Positions 33,752 through 42,695 are shown, counted from the first letter of the stretch. The stretch: 51,472 nt of DNA from an uncultured Pseudomonadota bacterium (GCA_964519365.1 CAZFHP010000002.1:7527-58998); one strand, 5' to 3'. Notes: generated from the letters alone by a model not told the origin. A program made the numbers and translations.

Positions 33752-34417
33752 ATGGAACAATATGATAATGTGTGGAAAAATGATAGCGTAGATGGGCACT
33801 TCAAAGCTAACATTCCTCAAAAAATGCTGGAGCTTTTTGAGCAGGAAAATGTTGAAACTATTCTTGACCTAGGCTCTGGAGACGGGACCATTGCTGTAGC
33901 TTTGGCAAAGCGAGGAAAAGCAGTACATGCATTGGAAATTTCCAATGAGGGGATTAAGAAAGCAAAGGCACAAGCACAGAGAGCTCAAGTATCTGTTCAT
34001 ACTCTTCAACAAGATATGTACAAGCCTCTGTCGCTTGAAGACAAGTCTCTTGATGCAGTCATTGCATTCCAGTCATTAAATCACAACACTTTACCCCAGA
34101 TAGAGAAACTTTTTGTAGAAATCACACGGGTCTTGAGGGTCGGGGGGTTATTGATCGTGAAGACAGCAAACTTTAATTCACTTGACCTCAAAGATCTTGG
34201 CAACGGATTGTGCGAGGATTCCCATGGCGGTATTTCCTGCACCCTGCGATTCATAGACAAGCAGACCTATGTGCCTCAGGACGGCCCTGAAAAAGGTTTA
34301 ACTCACTATGCTTTTTTGCCAGAGCAATTGACAGATAAAATAGAAGCATTGGGATATACTCAGATTTATGCTGAAATACTACAGTGGCATATTCTGGCAA
34401 TGTTCAAAAAGAATTAA
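33752..34417 (+). CDS. Class I SAM-dependent methyltransferase
   Basis: Motif I reads ILDLGSGDGTIAVALAKRG, and post-I/II spacing is typical of the fold. Confidence 0.8.
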   Translation: MEQYDNVWKNDSVDGHFKANIPQKMLELFEQENVETILDLGSGDGTIAVALAKRGKAVHALEISNEGIKKAKAQAQRAQVSVHTLQQDMYKPLSLEDKSLDAVIAFQSLNHNTLPQIEKLFVEITRVLRVGGLLIVKTANFNSLDLKDLGNGLCEDSHGGISCTLRFIDKQTYVPQDGPEKGLTHYAFLPEQLTDKIEALGYTQIYAEILQWHILAMFKKN

Positions 34418-34697
34418 CCGATCTTTCATATTTATCTCCCGAAGGAATTTTTGTGTTGACTTGAAGCTTCGTATTTTTCCCCTCAGTGTATAAGTATCAA
34501 GAGATAAAAAGAAATAGTATCGAAAATCAATGTATGATGACTTTTTTCTCACGGGAGTTACAGTTAGTATAACTGTTTTTGTAAATAATTACGTGGATTC
34601 GAACGTATTTTTTGGCTTTGATCAAAATGTGCTAAAATAAAGCTTATTCGTGTTGATGTAAGAAGTTTGATGTTTTTAAAGCGTGTGAACATAATTT

Positions 34698-35441
34698 ATG
34701 GTGAAAAAGAAAGTAAAGCAAAAAGATAAAAGTAGAGCTAAAGAAGTATTGTATGGTGCGCATGCGATTATTGAGATGCTCAAAGCAAAGAAGCGAAAAT
34801 TAATCGCGATCTATGTGCGTAAGCCGTTTCCCAAGGCTTGGGATCGCGTAAAAAGATATCTGCCTAAGTCTGTTCCCAATATTCAGTATGTAACGAAAAA
34901 CACACTTGATGGGATTTCTCGCACGACAGAGCACAAAGGGATTGTGGCGTTGGTTTCGCCTTTTAAGTTTTCTACAAAAATGTTTGATCCCAAGAAGAAA
35001 AAATTTATTTTGTTGCTTGATTCAATTCAAGATGTGGGGAATCTGGGGGCTATTTTGCGATCTGCGTATTGTGCCGGAGTAGACGGGGTTGTTTTGTGTA
35101 AAACAAAGGCAGCCCATCTTACTGGAGCAGTATTTAGTGCGTCTGCAGGGTATGCAGAGTATCTAGATATTTACGTAGCGCCGTCGATTAAAGCTGCCGT
35201 TATAGAAACAAAGAAAGCCGGGTATAACTTGTATATGGCGGTTATCGATGGCAAAGATGCTACACAGGTTGAGTTTAAGAAGCCAACATGTTTGGTTATT
35301 GGTAACGAAGCGACAGGTATTGATAAGTCTGTACGGAAAGACGGGGTAAAGATTACTATCCCACAAAGGTCAGGAGAAATTTCATATAACGCATCTGTTG
35401 CTGCAGGTATTCTGCTTTTTCTTGTTTCGTCAAAGAGATAG
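34698..35441 (+). CDS. rlmB: SpoU/TrmH-family RNA 2'-O-methyltransferase, RlmB-like
   Basis: The N-terminal substrate-binding domain begins LYGAHAIIEML. The SPOUT motifs are DSIQDVGNLGAILRSA, LVIGNEATGI and SYNASVAAGILLF. Confidence 0.8.
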   Translation: MVKKKVKQKDKSRAKEVLYGAHAIIEMLKAKKRKLIAIYVRKPFPKAWDRVKRYLPKSVPNIQYVTKNTLDGISRTTEHKGIVALVSPFKFSTKMFDPKKKKFILLLDSIQDVGNLGAILRSAYCAGVDGVVLCKTKAAHLTGAVFSASAGYAEYLDIYVAPSIKAAVIETKKAGYNLYMAVIDGKDATQVEFKKPTCLVIGNEATGIDKSVRKDGVKITIPQRSGEISYNASVAAGILLFLVSSKR

Positions 35442-35614
35442 CTTAGTTGGGCCTATTTATCCTTAGTGAGTACTATTAAGCGTGTATATCTAAGGGTCTT
35501 TTTCTATTTATTGCAGTTTGACACGGTTTTGTTTTACCATGGTGGTGAACGTATACGTTTTTTATAAAATTTGTGTCAAATGTAAGTAGTTTATAAAAGA
35601 AGATAGAAGAGACG

Positions 35615-36538
35615 ATGGCAAAAAAAAACGCTGGAAACAAAAGAAGTTATCGATATGTTTTGCGTCGGCAAAACAATACAGAATGTAAAAAGCGTAAGCG
35701 TTTTGTTTTTATTCTTTTGCTTGTTCTTTCGATTATGTTTGTAAATATTTATAAATGTTTGGACATAACTATTTCTCAGATCTCTTTTTCAAAAATATCC
35801 TTGGTAGAACCGGTTAGATTTTGGGTAGAAAGTTTTTTTTCGGGGGTATCACACTATGATGTATCATGTACATTTGAGCATATTTATTCTCAGGATATTC
35901 AAAATAAAATAAAAGCGCTTATTGCGCAAAAAACAAGAAACGCTAATCCCCTATATTTTCGTGTATCTAATTTTTCTCTTGACTTAAAGACCTCGTTTAA
36001 TGTTATTGATCAGGTAAGCATACAAAGAGGGGTGCCGAATAAACTTAATGTGAAAATAATTGGGGTTCGGCCGGTTTATCTTATCAATACACGTTTTATC
36101 GTAGGGGAAAATAGACGGTGTTATGATAACGCGAAATTTAAGGGATATGATGTGAGCCAGTTAAAACATGCTTGTATTGCGCACGAGTATTGTAAAGGTA
36201 TACTTGCGCAGGATGTATATGTATTTTTGTCGGATCTTCCAGAAATAATTTGGGATAAATTTATTCTTGATTATCATAGGCCGACACATGTTGCTTTGCA
36301 TCCCAGAAAAGAAGAACATGATTTACACAATTGTGAAATTGTTGCTGACAATAAAATTAAGAATTATGAGAAGATAAAAAACATAGAGCATGTTTGTCGT
36401 GATATGTTTGCAAAGGATGAGGTATTGTATAAACGATGGAAGCTTGGATGGCGTAAGCTTACATTTGATGTGCGGTTTGATAATCGCATTGTTGTAAAAA
36501 TTTTTAAGCTATCAAAAAGACGGGGGAGAGGGACATGA
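35615..36538 (+). CDS. ftsQ: Probable cell-division protein FtsQ/DivIB (assigned mainly by position)
   Basis: The predicted topology is a basic N-terminus, a single TM (FVFILLLVLSIMFV) and an extracytoplasmic domain. It overlaps ftsA by 4 nt. Confidence 0.5.
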   Translation: MAKKNAGNKRSYRYVLRRQNNTECKKRKRFVFILLLVLSIMFVNIYKCLDITISQISFSKISLVEPVRFWVESFFSGVSHYDVSCTFEHIYSQDIQNKIKALIAQKTRNANPLYFRVSNFSLDLKTSFNVIDQVSIQRGVPNKLNVKIIGVRPVYLINTRFIVGENRRCYDNAKFKGYDVSQLKHACIAHEYCKGILAQDVYVFLSDLPEIIWDKFILDYHRPTHVALHPRKEEHDLHNCEIVADNKIKNYEKIKNIEHVCRDMFAKDEVLYKRWKLGWRKLTFDVRFDNRIVVKIFKLSKRRGRGT

Positions 36539-37770
36539 AAAAGACATTTTTAGGTCGCTATGTGACCGCTATTGATATAGGAACAACCAAAATCTGTGTG
36601 TTAATTGCGCTTGTTGATTCACACGGCAAGCTTGATATTGTTGGTATTGGCAAACATCCATCTTATGGCCTAAAAAAAGGTGTTGTTGTTAATATTGCTC
36701 AAACAGTAGCATCTATTAAATCTGCAGTTAAAGAAGCTGAAGAGATGGCTGGGGTAACTGTAGAAACAGCTACTGTAGGTATTTCTGGGGGGCATATTAA
36801 GTCTTTTAATTCGACTGGGGTTGTGGCAATTAAGAGGAGAGATGTTACGCAGCATGATATTGATCGTGTTATTGATGCCGCAAAAGCTATTCCTATTCCA
36901 CAGGATCAAGAAATTTTGCATATTTTACCACAGTATTTTCGAGTTGATGGACAAGAGTATGTCCTAGACTCTCTTGGTATGTATGGTGTGCGGCTTGAAG
37001 CACAAGTACATATTATTACTGGTGCCGTAAGCTCTGCGCAAAATATTATTAAGTCATGTGAGCTTGCAGGGGTAAGTGTTTCGGATATTGTTTTAGAGCA
37101 AATAGCTTCAGCTGATGCTGTGTTAACTGATGCAGAACGAGAAATAGGGGTTGGGATTATTGATATAGGTGGGGGCACATCTGACTTTGCTATTTACAAA
37201 GATGGGCGTATTCGACATTCAAAAGTATTACCCATAGCTGGGAATCACTTTACAAATGATCTAGCGATTGGGTTAGGAGTTTCTCGGGAACAGGCAGAAA
37301 ATTTAAAAAAACTTTATGGGATGGCGCAAGAAGGTGCAACAATAAATGTTGATTTGGGATACGAAGGGGGTCAGAAAACTGTAAATTTAGATAGCATTGC
37401 AGAGATTGTGCGCTTTCGAGCAGAAGAAGTATTTGAATTATTTTCGGATGAGATTTATGAGTATCGTTTAAAAGCATTTATGCCAGCAGGGGTTGTTTTA
37501 ACAGGAGGAGGAAGTTTGCTTACAGGGATCCCTGGGGTTGCTCAAGAGCGAATAGATCTTGCTGTACGGGTTGGATCACCATTGAGCAGTTTAGCTTCTG
37601 AAAAGTGTGTTATTCCAGATGTTCTCAAGAGTCCGATTTATGCGACTGCTTACGGATTGCTTTTGTATGCCGCAGATGAAAAAAGTACGCGATATATAGC
37701 TGATCGTAATGATGCAATGGTTACGAAAATTTTTAAAACCATGAAATCATGGATTTATGATTTCTTGTAA
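36535..37770 (+). CDS. ftsA: Cell division protein FtsA
   Basis: Actin-fold motifs are present: AIDIGTTKICVLIA, GIIDIGGGTSDFAIY and VLTGGGSLL. It lies upstream of ftsZ. Confidence 0.95.
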   Translation: MKKTFLGRYVTAIDIGTTKICVLIALVDSHGKLDIVGIGKHPSYGLKKGVVVNIAQTVASIKSAVKEAEEMAGVTVETATVGISGGHIKSFNSTGVVAIKRRDVTQHDIDRVIDAAKAIPIPQDQEILHILPQYFRVDGQEYVLDSLGMYGVRLEAQVHIITGAVSSAQNIIKSCELAGVSVSDIVLEQIASADAVLTDAEREIGVGIIDIGGGTSDFAIYKDGRIRHSKVLPIAGNHFTNDLAIGLGVSREQAENLKKLYGMAQEGATINVDLGYEGGQKTVNLDSIAEIVRFRAEEVFELFSDEIYEYRLKAFMPAGVVLTGGGSLLTGIPGVAQERIDLAVRVGSPLSSLASEKCVIPDVLKSPIYATAYGLLLYAADEKSTRYIADRNDAMVTKIFKTMKSWIYDFL

Positions 37771-37794
37771 AACTATTTTAATGAGGGAAGTAGC

Positions 37795-39132
37795 ATGATA
37801 GAAATTTGTGTTGAAGAAAAACAAACAGCCATTGGTGCGTGTTTAAAAGTTATTGGTATTGGGGGAGCTGGAGGGAATGCTGTTAATAGCATGATTAATA
37901 ATGCTGAGATCGAAGCTGTAAATTATCTTGTTGCCAATACTGACGCCCAAGCATTAAATTTATCGTCTTCTTCTATAAAAATCCAGCTTGGTTCTAAAAT
38001 AACAAAGGGGCTGGGTGCAGGTTCTAACCCTGATGTTGGTAGGCGCTCGGCAGAAGAAGATATTGAAACAATTTTAACGCATATCGAAGATGCTGATATA
38101 CTGTTTTTAACAGCTGGCTTAGGTGGAGGTACAGGCTCAGGGGCTTTGCCTGTGATTGCAAAAGCAGCAAAAGATATGGGAGTATTGACGGTTTCGATTG
38201 TAACAAAGCCGTTTGTATTTGAAGGTAAACGTCGGTTAAGAATTGCAGAAGATGCCATTAAAGTTTTAAAGCAAAGTGTTGATACGCTTATTGTTGTTCC
38301 AAATCAGAGATTATTAGAAGTTGCTGATGCAAAGATTTCTATGCTTGATGCGTTTGCTCTTTCAAACGATATCTTAAAACAAGCAATTAAAGGCATATCA
38401 GATATTATTACCAAGTCGGGACATATTAACGTGGACTTTGCTGACGTTAAAACGATCATGAAAGATATGGGCATGGCGCTTATGGGTATAGGGCGAGCGA
38501 GTGGTGAGAATCGTGCTCGTGAAGCAGCTGAAAAAGCCATCAGTTCTCCTTTGCTTGAAAATATTAGTATCGATGGAGCACAGGGTGTTCTGATTAATAT
38601 CACAGGTGGCCCTGATTTAGGCCTGTATGAAATTAACGAAGCAGCGTCTATGGTTTACGATATGGTAAGCGAAGATGCCAATATTATTTTGGGTTCGGTT
38701 ATTGACCAAAACATGAACGACGAACTTATGGTAACAGTTATTGCAACTGGTTTTGAAACTCCTGATAGTGCCCGTGCAGATCATGCAAAAGATAGCATTG
38801 CTCAAGAAAAAACAGACGCGTTTTTTGGCCGTATGAGCCAAGCTGAAAGTATTAAGGGCGCTGTTAAGCATGAAGAAAAAAAGCATGAAGAAAAAAGTGC
38901 AAAAGATCAAACGTATGATTTAAACGATCTTGACACACCAACGTTTTTGCGGAAGAAAGCTGAAGTGAAACAGTTGGAAGATGCGACACGTAATGCGCAC
39001 AAGCAAGAAGAGCCTTGTGAAAAACAAAAAGAGACAGAAGATAAAAATCAAGAAACAGAAGAGCAAGAAAATAATACTCAAGAAAATCAAAAAAAACAGA
39101 ACAAGTTTTTTGAAAGTGATATTTCGCTGTGA
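37795..39132 (+). CDS. ftsZ: Cell division GTPase FtsZ (with an unusual extension after the C-terminal peptide)
   Basis: The motifs are GIGGAGGNAVN, the tubulin signature GGGTGSGALPV and NVDFADV. The C-terminal peptide DLDTPTFLRKK is followed by 57 further residues. Confidence 0.97.
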   Translation: MIEICVEEKQTAIGACLKVIGIGGAGGNAVNSMINNAEIEAVNYLVANTDAQALNLSSSSIKIQLGSKITKGLGAGSNPDVGRRSAEEDIETILTHIEDADILFLTAGLGGGTGSGALPVIAKAAKDMGVLTVSIVTKPFVFEGKRRLRIAEDAIKVLKQSVDTLIVVPNQRLLEVADAKISMLDAFALSNDILKQAIKGISDIITKSGHINVDFADVKTIMKDMGMALMGIGRASGENRAREAAEKAISSPLLENISIDGAQGVLINITGGPDLGLYEINEAASMVYDMVSEDANIILGSVIDQNMNDELMVTVIATGFETPDSARADHAKDSIAQEKTDAFFGRMSQAESIKGAVKHEEKKHEEKSAKDQTYDLNDLDTPTFLRKKAEVKQLEDATRNAHKQEEPCEKQKETEDKNQETEEQENNTQENQKKQNKFFESDISL

Positions 39133-39170
39133 TCGTTTAAATTACTTTGTTTTACGTTATGAGATTGACA

Positions 39171-39199
39171 AGCCCCGGCATTTTGCCGGGGCTTTTTTT
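39171..39199 (+). terminator. Rho-independent terminator after ftsZ
   Basis: A 9-bp GC-rich stem AGCCCCGGC/GCCGGGGCT with a 5-nt loop is followed by TTTTTT. Confidence 0.85.
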
Positions 39200-39292
39200 C
39201 GTTTTAAAAAATTCGTAAAAATTATCGTTGTTATTATACTGGTGTGAGTTGAAATTTATGTTTTGAAGTTTGCAAGGAGAAAGGGTGTAGTA

Positions 39293-40300
39293 ATGGTAGT
39301 ACTGGGGCGTGGTTTTTTTTTTGTTTTTGTGTTGTTATCTACAATGCCAAACAGTTGCCTTGCTCAGCAAGCACATAAGCAAGCGCAAGCACAAGAAGAA
39401 CAAGTTCAATCAAAGTTAAGCAACAAAAAATATTTTTGTTCTGTTGCAGATGAAAAACATTATCCATGGCTCTTAAATTTAATCGGGAGCATTCACAAAA
39501 ATAACTGGGAAAATTTAGAACAGATTGCGATTATCGATCTAGGCTTTACACAAGAACAGCGTGCTACGCTAAACACAATGGAGCACGTATGTGTGTATGA
39601 TCTTGATGTGACACACCCTCTTCGGGATGATCTCTTAACCCCCTTTTTAACGTCTAATTGGGGAAAAAAAGTTCGTGGGTGGTTTGCATGGAAGCCGGTT
39701 GTAATAAAACAGGCACTTGATATGTTTGATTATGTTTTTTATCTGGACGCAGGCTGTGTTGTTCTTAAGCCATTAGATAATCTATTTAAGTATATTCAAG
39801 AGAAAGATCATTTTCTTGTTCGAGATCAAGAATGGTTTGTCGGAGGTCAAAGTAAATTGTTTACGATTGGTGAGCAGTGTACGCGCTATGTGTTAGATAA
39901 ATTTAATTTACTGTCTCCTGAAAATCAATGGATATTACATGAGGCAAATATTTTGCCGGGCATACAGGGTGTAAGCAGAGCAATATATGATTCGTATGTG
40001 ATGCCGATGTATGAATTTACGAAAGATCTAAAGATTTTTGAAGACGATGGGTCTTCTATGTATGGTTTTGGATGGGCCAGGCATGATCAGACGATTTATA
40101 GTATTTTTGTGCGCTTGTATGGATTTGAGCCTTTTGAAACGCAAAAAGAGGTTGAGTTAGAAGCCGATGGAAAGAAGTTTACTGTGCATTGTTGTGATTA
40201 TGCGCCGCATAACCCTGACATTTTTTATAATTGTAAAGGGGGTATGAATTTTGCAGATGACATACGTTATAAGAAAGAAGCCTGCCAGAGAAGCCAATAG
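39293..40300 (+). CDS. Secreted protein, possible nucleotide-sugar transferase (DUF1647-like pattern)
   Basis: The start is taken at ATG 39293, giving a signal peptide MVVLGRGFFFVFVLLSTMPNSCLA. The strings IAIIDLGFT, WFAWKPVVIKQAL and YVFYLDAGCVV recall GT-A/DUF1647 proteins, from memory only. Confidence 0.55.
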   Translation: MVVLGRGFFFVFVLLSTMPNSCLAQQAHKQAQAQEEQVQSKLSNKKYFCSVADEKHYPWLLNLIGSIHKNNWENLEQIAIIDLGFTQEQRATLNTMEHVCVYDLDVTHPLRDDLLTPFLTSNWGKKVRGWFAWKPVVIKQALDMFDYVFYLDAGCVVLKPLDNLFKYIQEKDHFLVRDQEWFVGGQSKLFTIGEQCTRYVLDKFNLLSPENQWILHEANILPGIQGVSRAIYDSYVMPMYEFTKDLKIFEDDGSSMYGFGWARHDQTIYSIFVRLYGFEPFETQKEVELEADGKKFTVHCCDYAPHNPDIFYNCKGGMNFADDIRYKKEACQRSQ

Positions 40301-40391
40301 ATTGCATAATTAATTTTTAACGTGTTGTTTGGGAGAACTGTTTTGAGAGTAATTTTGAGAGAAAGAGAAAGAGTAAGTATGGGAGTATGTA

Positions 40392-41618
40392 ATGAAGAGT
40401 TCAAGAATAGCTTGTTCTATATGGTTATGCCTTAGTTTTTTCGTTTTGCATGTTGGCCAGAGTTTTGCGAGCTTTCCAACAGGAACACGTGTTGCAACGT
40501 CGGATGGGCTTGTTGCTATAGAAAAGTTGTCTGTTGGCGATAAAGTTCTGAGCTATGATCTTAATGAAACAGATACGAACAAGAAAATAATAGAAGTCAC
40601 TGTTACAGAAATTAATAAACACATTGCAGATTCTATTTTTACGTTGTATACGGCAGATGGGGGGTGGGTTGAAGCATCGCCACAGCAGCTTCTTTTTACG
40701 ATTAAATCTACCAGAGATAAAACTATTGAGCAGGCGAGTGATACGCTTGTTATGGATTTTGTTCAAGCGCAATACATAACAACAGATTATATGCTTATTG
40801 ACGAGCATTTGACCTGTGTTCCTATTACTAAAGCTGTAAGAACAGAACTAAGGACGACGTACCCGCAACAATATTCAGAAAAAATAAAGCGTAATAGACG
40901 GAATGAAATTACGTCTATAGAAAAGCGAATCGTTAACATTGATACGTATGCAATAGAAGTAGAAGAGCCACATATACTCTTGATTTCTGATCGATCATGT
41001 GATAAAACAACCAGCAAGCCTCGTTTATTGTTAACGCATAACGGTATCCCTGCGCTTGCTGTTGGGGTGTCATTAGCCTTTGGATCAACCCCAGCGTCAC
41101 TTTCTTTGGCTGGAGTATCAGCAAGTGTTGGGGGGTTGGGAGTTACTTTGGGTCCTGTGGGAGTTGCGCTTGGAGTTGCAACGGGCTTAGGATTGTTGGG
41201 ATATCAGCTTTTTAAAGGCAACAAGAAACAAGAGACGTCTTTTTATATTGAGCGTTCCGGCCCAAGTGGTTCAGGAAGTCCTGGAGGGAGAGACCCTAAG
41301 GATGATGATGAGGATAAAAGGGAAAAAGAAAATGAAAAGCTTGTTGTGACGCAAGGCAAAAGTAATGCTCCAAAAAAAAGTATACCGAATTCCGTTTATG
41401 AAAAGATTGATAATGAAAATAAAAATATTGTTACATCTCGAACAACCTATGATGATAATGGCTATCCAACAACAAGATGCGACTTTTATAGAGGGAGTAA
41501 CCCTCATACACATTTTGATAAAGGAAGTAGTAGAATTCTTAAAAATCATAAACATATTTTTAGGTTTAACAATAAAGGACAACTACTAACGAGTGAAAAA
41601 GTTGTTTTGATAGAATAA
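40392..41618 (+). CDS. Polymorphic toxin 1: signal peptide, Hint (PT-HINT-like), glycine-zipper segment, variable C-terminal domain
   Basis: The Hint motifs are SFPTGTRVATSDGLVAIEKLSVGDKVLSYD, DTYAIEVEEPHILLI and LLLTHN|G. The glycine zipper reads GGLGVTLGPVGVALGVATGLGLLG. The unique His-rich C-terminus covers aa 290-408. Confidence 0.8.
   Translation: MKSSRIACSIWLCLSFFVLHVGQSFASFPTGTRVATSDGLVAIEKLSVGDKVLSYDLNETDTNKKIIEVTVTEINKHIADSIFTLYTADGGWVEASPQQLLFTIKSTRDKTIEQASDTLVMDFVQAQYITTDYMLIDEHLTCVPITKAVRTELRTTYPQQYSEKIKRNRRNEITSIEKRIVNIDTYAIEVEEPHILLISDRSCDKTTSKPRLLLTHNGIPALAVGVSLAFGSTPASLSLAGVSASVGGLGVTLGPVGVALGVATGLGLLGYQLFKGNKKQETSFYIERSGPSGSGSPGGRDPKDDDEDKREKENEKLVVTQGKSNAPKKSIPNSVYEKIDNENKNIVTSRTTYDDNGYPTTRCDFYRGSNPHTHFDKGSSRILKNHKHIFRFNNKGQLLTSEKVVLIE
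40746..41257 (+). repeat. 512-bp near-identical direct repeat, copy 1 (inside toxin 1)
   Basis: Base-by-base comparison with 43346-43857 (offset exactly 2600) shows 2 mismatches. The flanks on both sides diverge abruptly. Confidence 0.95.
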
Positions 41619-41674
41619 ATGATATTTTTATAAATTAAATGTATAGCAATGATGAAGTTAAATATAGGGGTGTA

Positions 41675-42184
41675 ATGAGTTGGAAAGTGCTTGGAATATT
41701 AGAATTAAATGATGTTGCCGCATATTCAAAAAAAGTAAGACTTTCATTTTTAGTAGCTGAAAAAGCAACAAAATATAAAATTGGAATTAAATTTGGGAAG
41801 AACATATTCACAGGTTTTAGAAAAAAGTATAAAGAAGGTACGAAGAGAATGCTTTTTGAACTAACAGATGATCCTATGGCGATCAATGCCGATAACCTTT
41901 TCGCTGAGGAATATGCTCCTGAGGCAGATGTTGATTTTGACGATAGGTTGTTTCCAAGAATGTTACGTATGCAGAATTTTCTAGAAGAAGTCTTAAAAAT
42001 CGAAGCTGTCAACAAAGTGGTTTTAGATCTTAATATTGATAATGAAGTTAAATTTGAGACCATGGTGACTGATGTTAATAATTTTTGTAATACCATGTTG
42101 AAGCTATATGAAGAAAAAAAAGATTTTTGGATGCCAACAGAGAAGATTATTGTACAGAAGTCTCATGAGATAAAGGGATTATAA
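41675..42184 (+). CDS. Putative immunity protein 1a (169 aa)
   Basis: It lies immediately downstream of toxin 1 and has no signal peptide. The start is taken at MSWKVLGI (AGGGG SD), which gives the same length as paralogue 1b. Confidence 0.55.
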   Translation: MSWKVLGILELNDVAAYSKKVRLSFLVAEKATKYKIGIKFGKNIFTGFRKKYKEGTKRMLFELTDDPMAINADNLFAEEYAPEADVDFDDRLFPRMLRMQNFLEEVLKIEAVNKVVLDLNIDNEVKFETMVTDVNNFCNTMLKLYEEKKDFWMPTEKIIVQKSHEIKGL

Positions 42185-42185
42185 A

Positions 42186-42695
42186 GTGAGCTTAAAAGTT
42201 TTTGGAGTTTTTCATATAGACAATAGCGCTATAACTGTTGACGAGATAGTACGAATATCATTTTCTATGGTTCAAAAGGCTATAAAAAAGAATGTAGGCA
42301 TAAAACTTGGAGGAAGTATAACACAGAGCTTTCTTGATCGATATGAAAATATTAGTCAGGCAATTCCATTTGAGCTAACAGATAATCTTATGGAAGAAAG
42401 TGCGAGTTGTTTGTTTTCTGGAGATGTTGGTTCTGTAAAAACAAACAGTATACACATGTGTACAAATGAATCTTTAGAATCTAGAATGTTTCATGTACAG
42501 AATTTTCTAGGTGAATTATTAAAAATAAAAGAGGCTAAAAAGATAGTTTTAGACATTAATACTAAGGAAGAAGTTTTTTTTGAGACAATTAAAATTAGTG
42601 TTGAGAATTATTGTAAAGCGATGCTTGAATTGTATGAAAAAAATAATAATATGACACCTGTTATGAGAATTGTTTTAAAAAAAACTATCATTTGA
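42186..42695 (+). CDS. Putative immunity protein 1b (169 aa, paralogue of 1a)
   Basis: It has a GTG start 1 nt after the 1a stop. It is collinear with 1a (..MQNFLEEVLKIEAVNKVVLDLN.. versus ..VQNFLGELLKIKEAKKIVLDIN..). Confidence 0.55.
   Translation: MSLKVFGVFHIDNSAITVDEIVRISFSMVQKAIKKNVGIKLGGSITQSFLDRYENISQAIPFELTDNLMEESASCLFSGDVGSVKTNSIHMCTNESLESRMFHVQNFLGELLKIKEAKKIVLDINTKEEVFFETIKISVENYCKAMLELYEKNNNMTPVMRIVLKKTII

Noticed and set aside
40425-41124. Identical antisense ORF pairs (40787-41017 = 43387-43617 and 40933-41124 = 43533-43724) as a conserved hidden gene
   Set aside because: Their identity is simply a consequence of the 512-bp repeat within the toxin genes. There is no independent coding evidence.
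42693-42695. TGA recoding (alternative genetic code) suggested by the open frame after the immunity 1b stop
   Set aside because: Many well-defined genes in the window terminate at TGA at the family-expected position (for example ftsZ, MNT and the ankyrin gene). The standard code 11 therefore fits.
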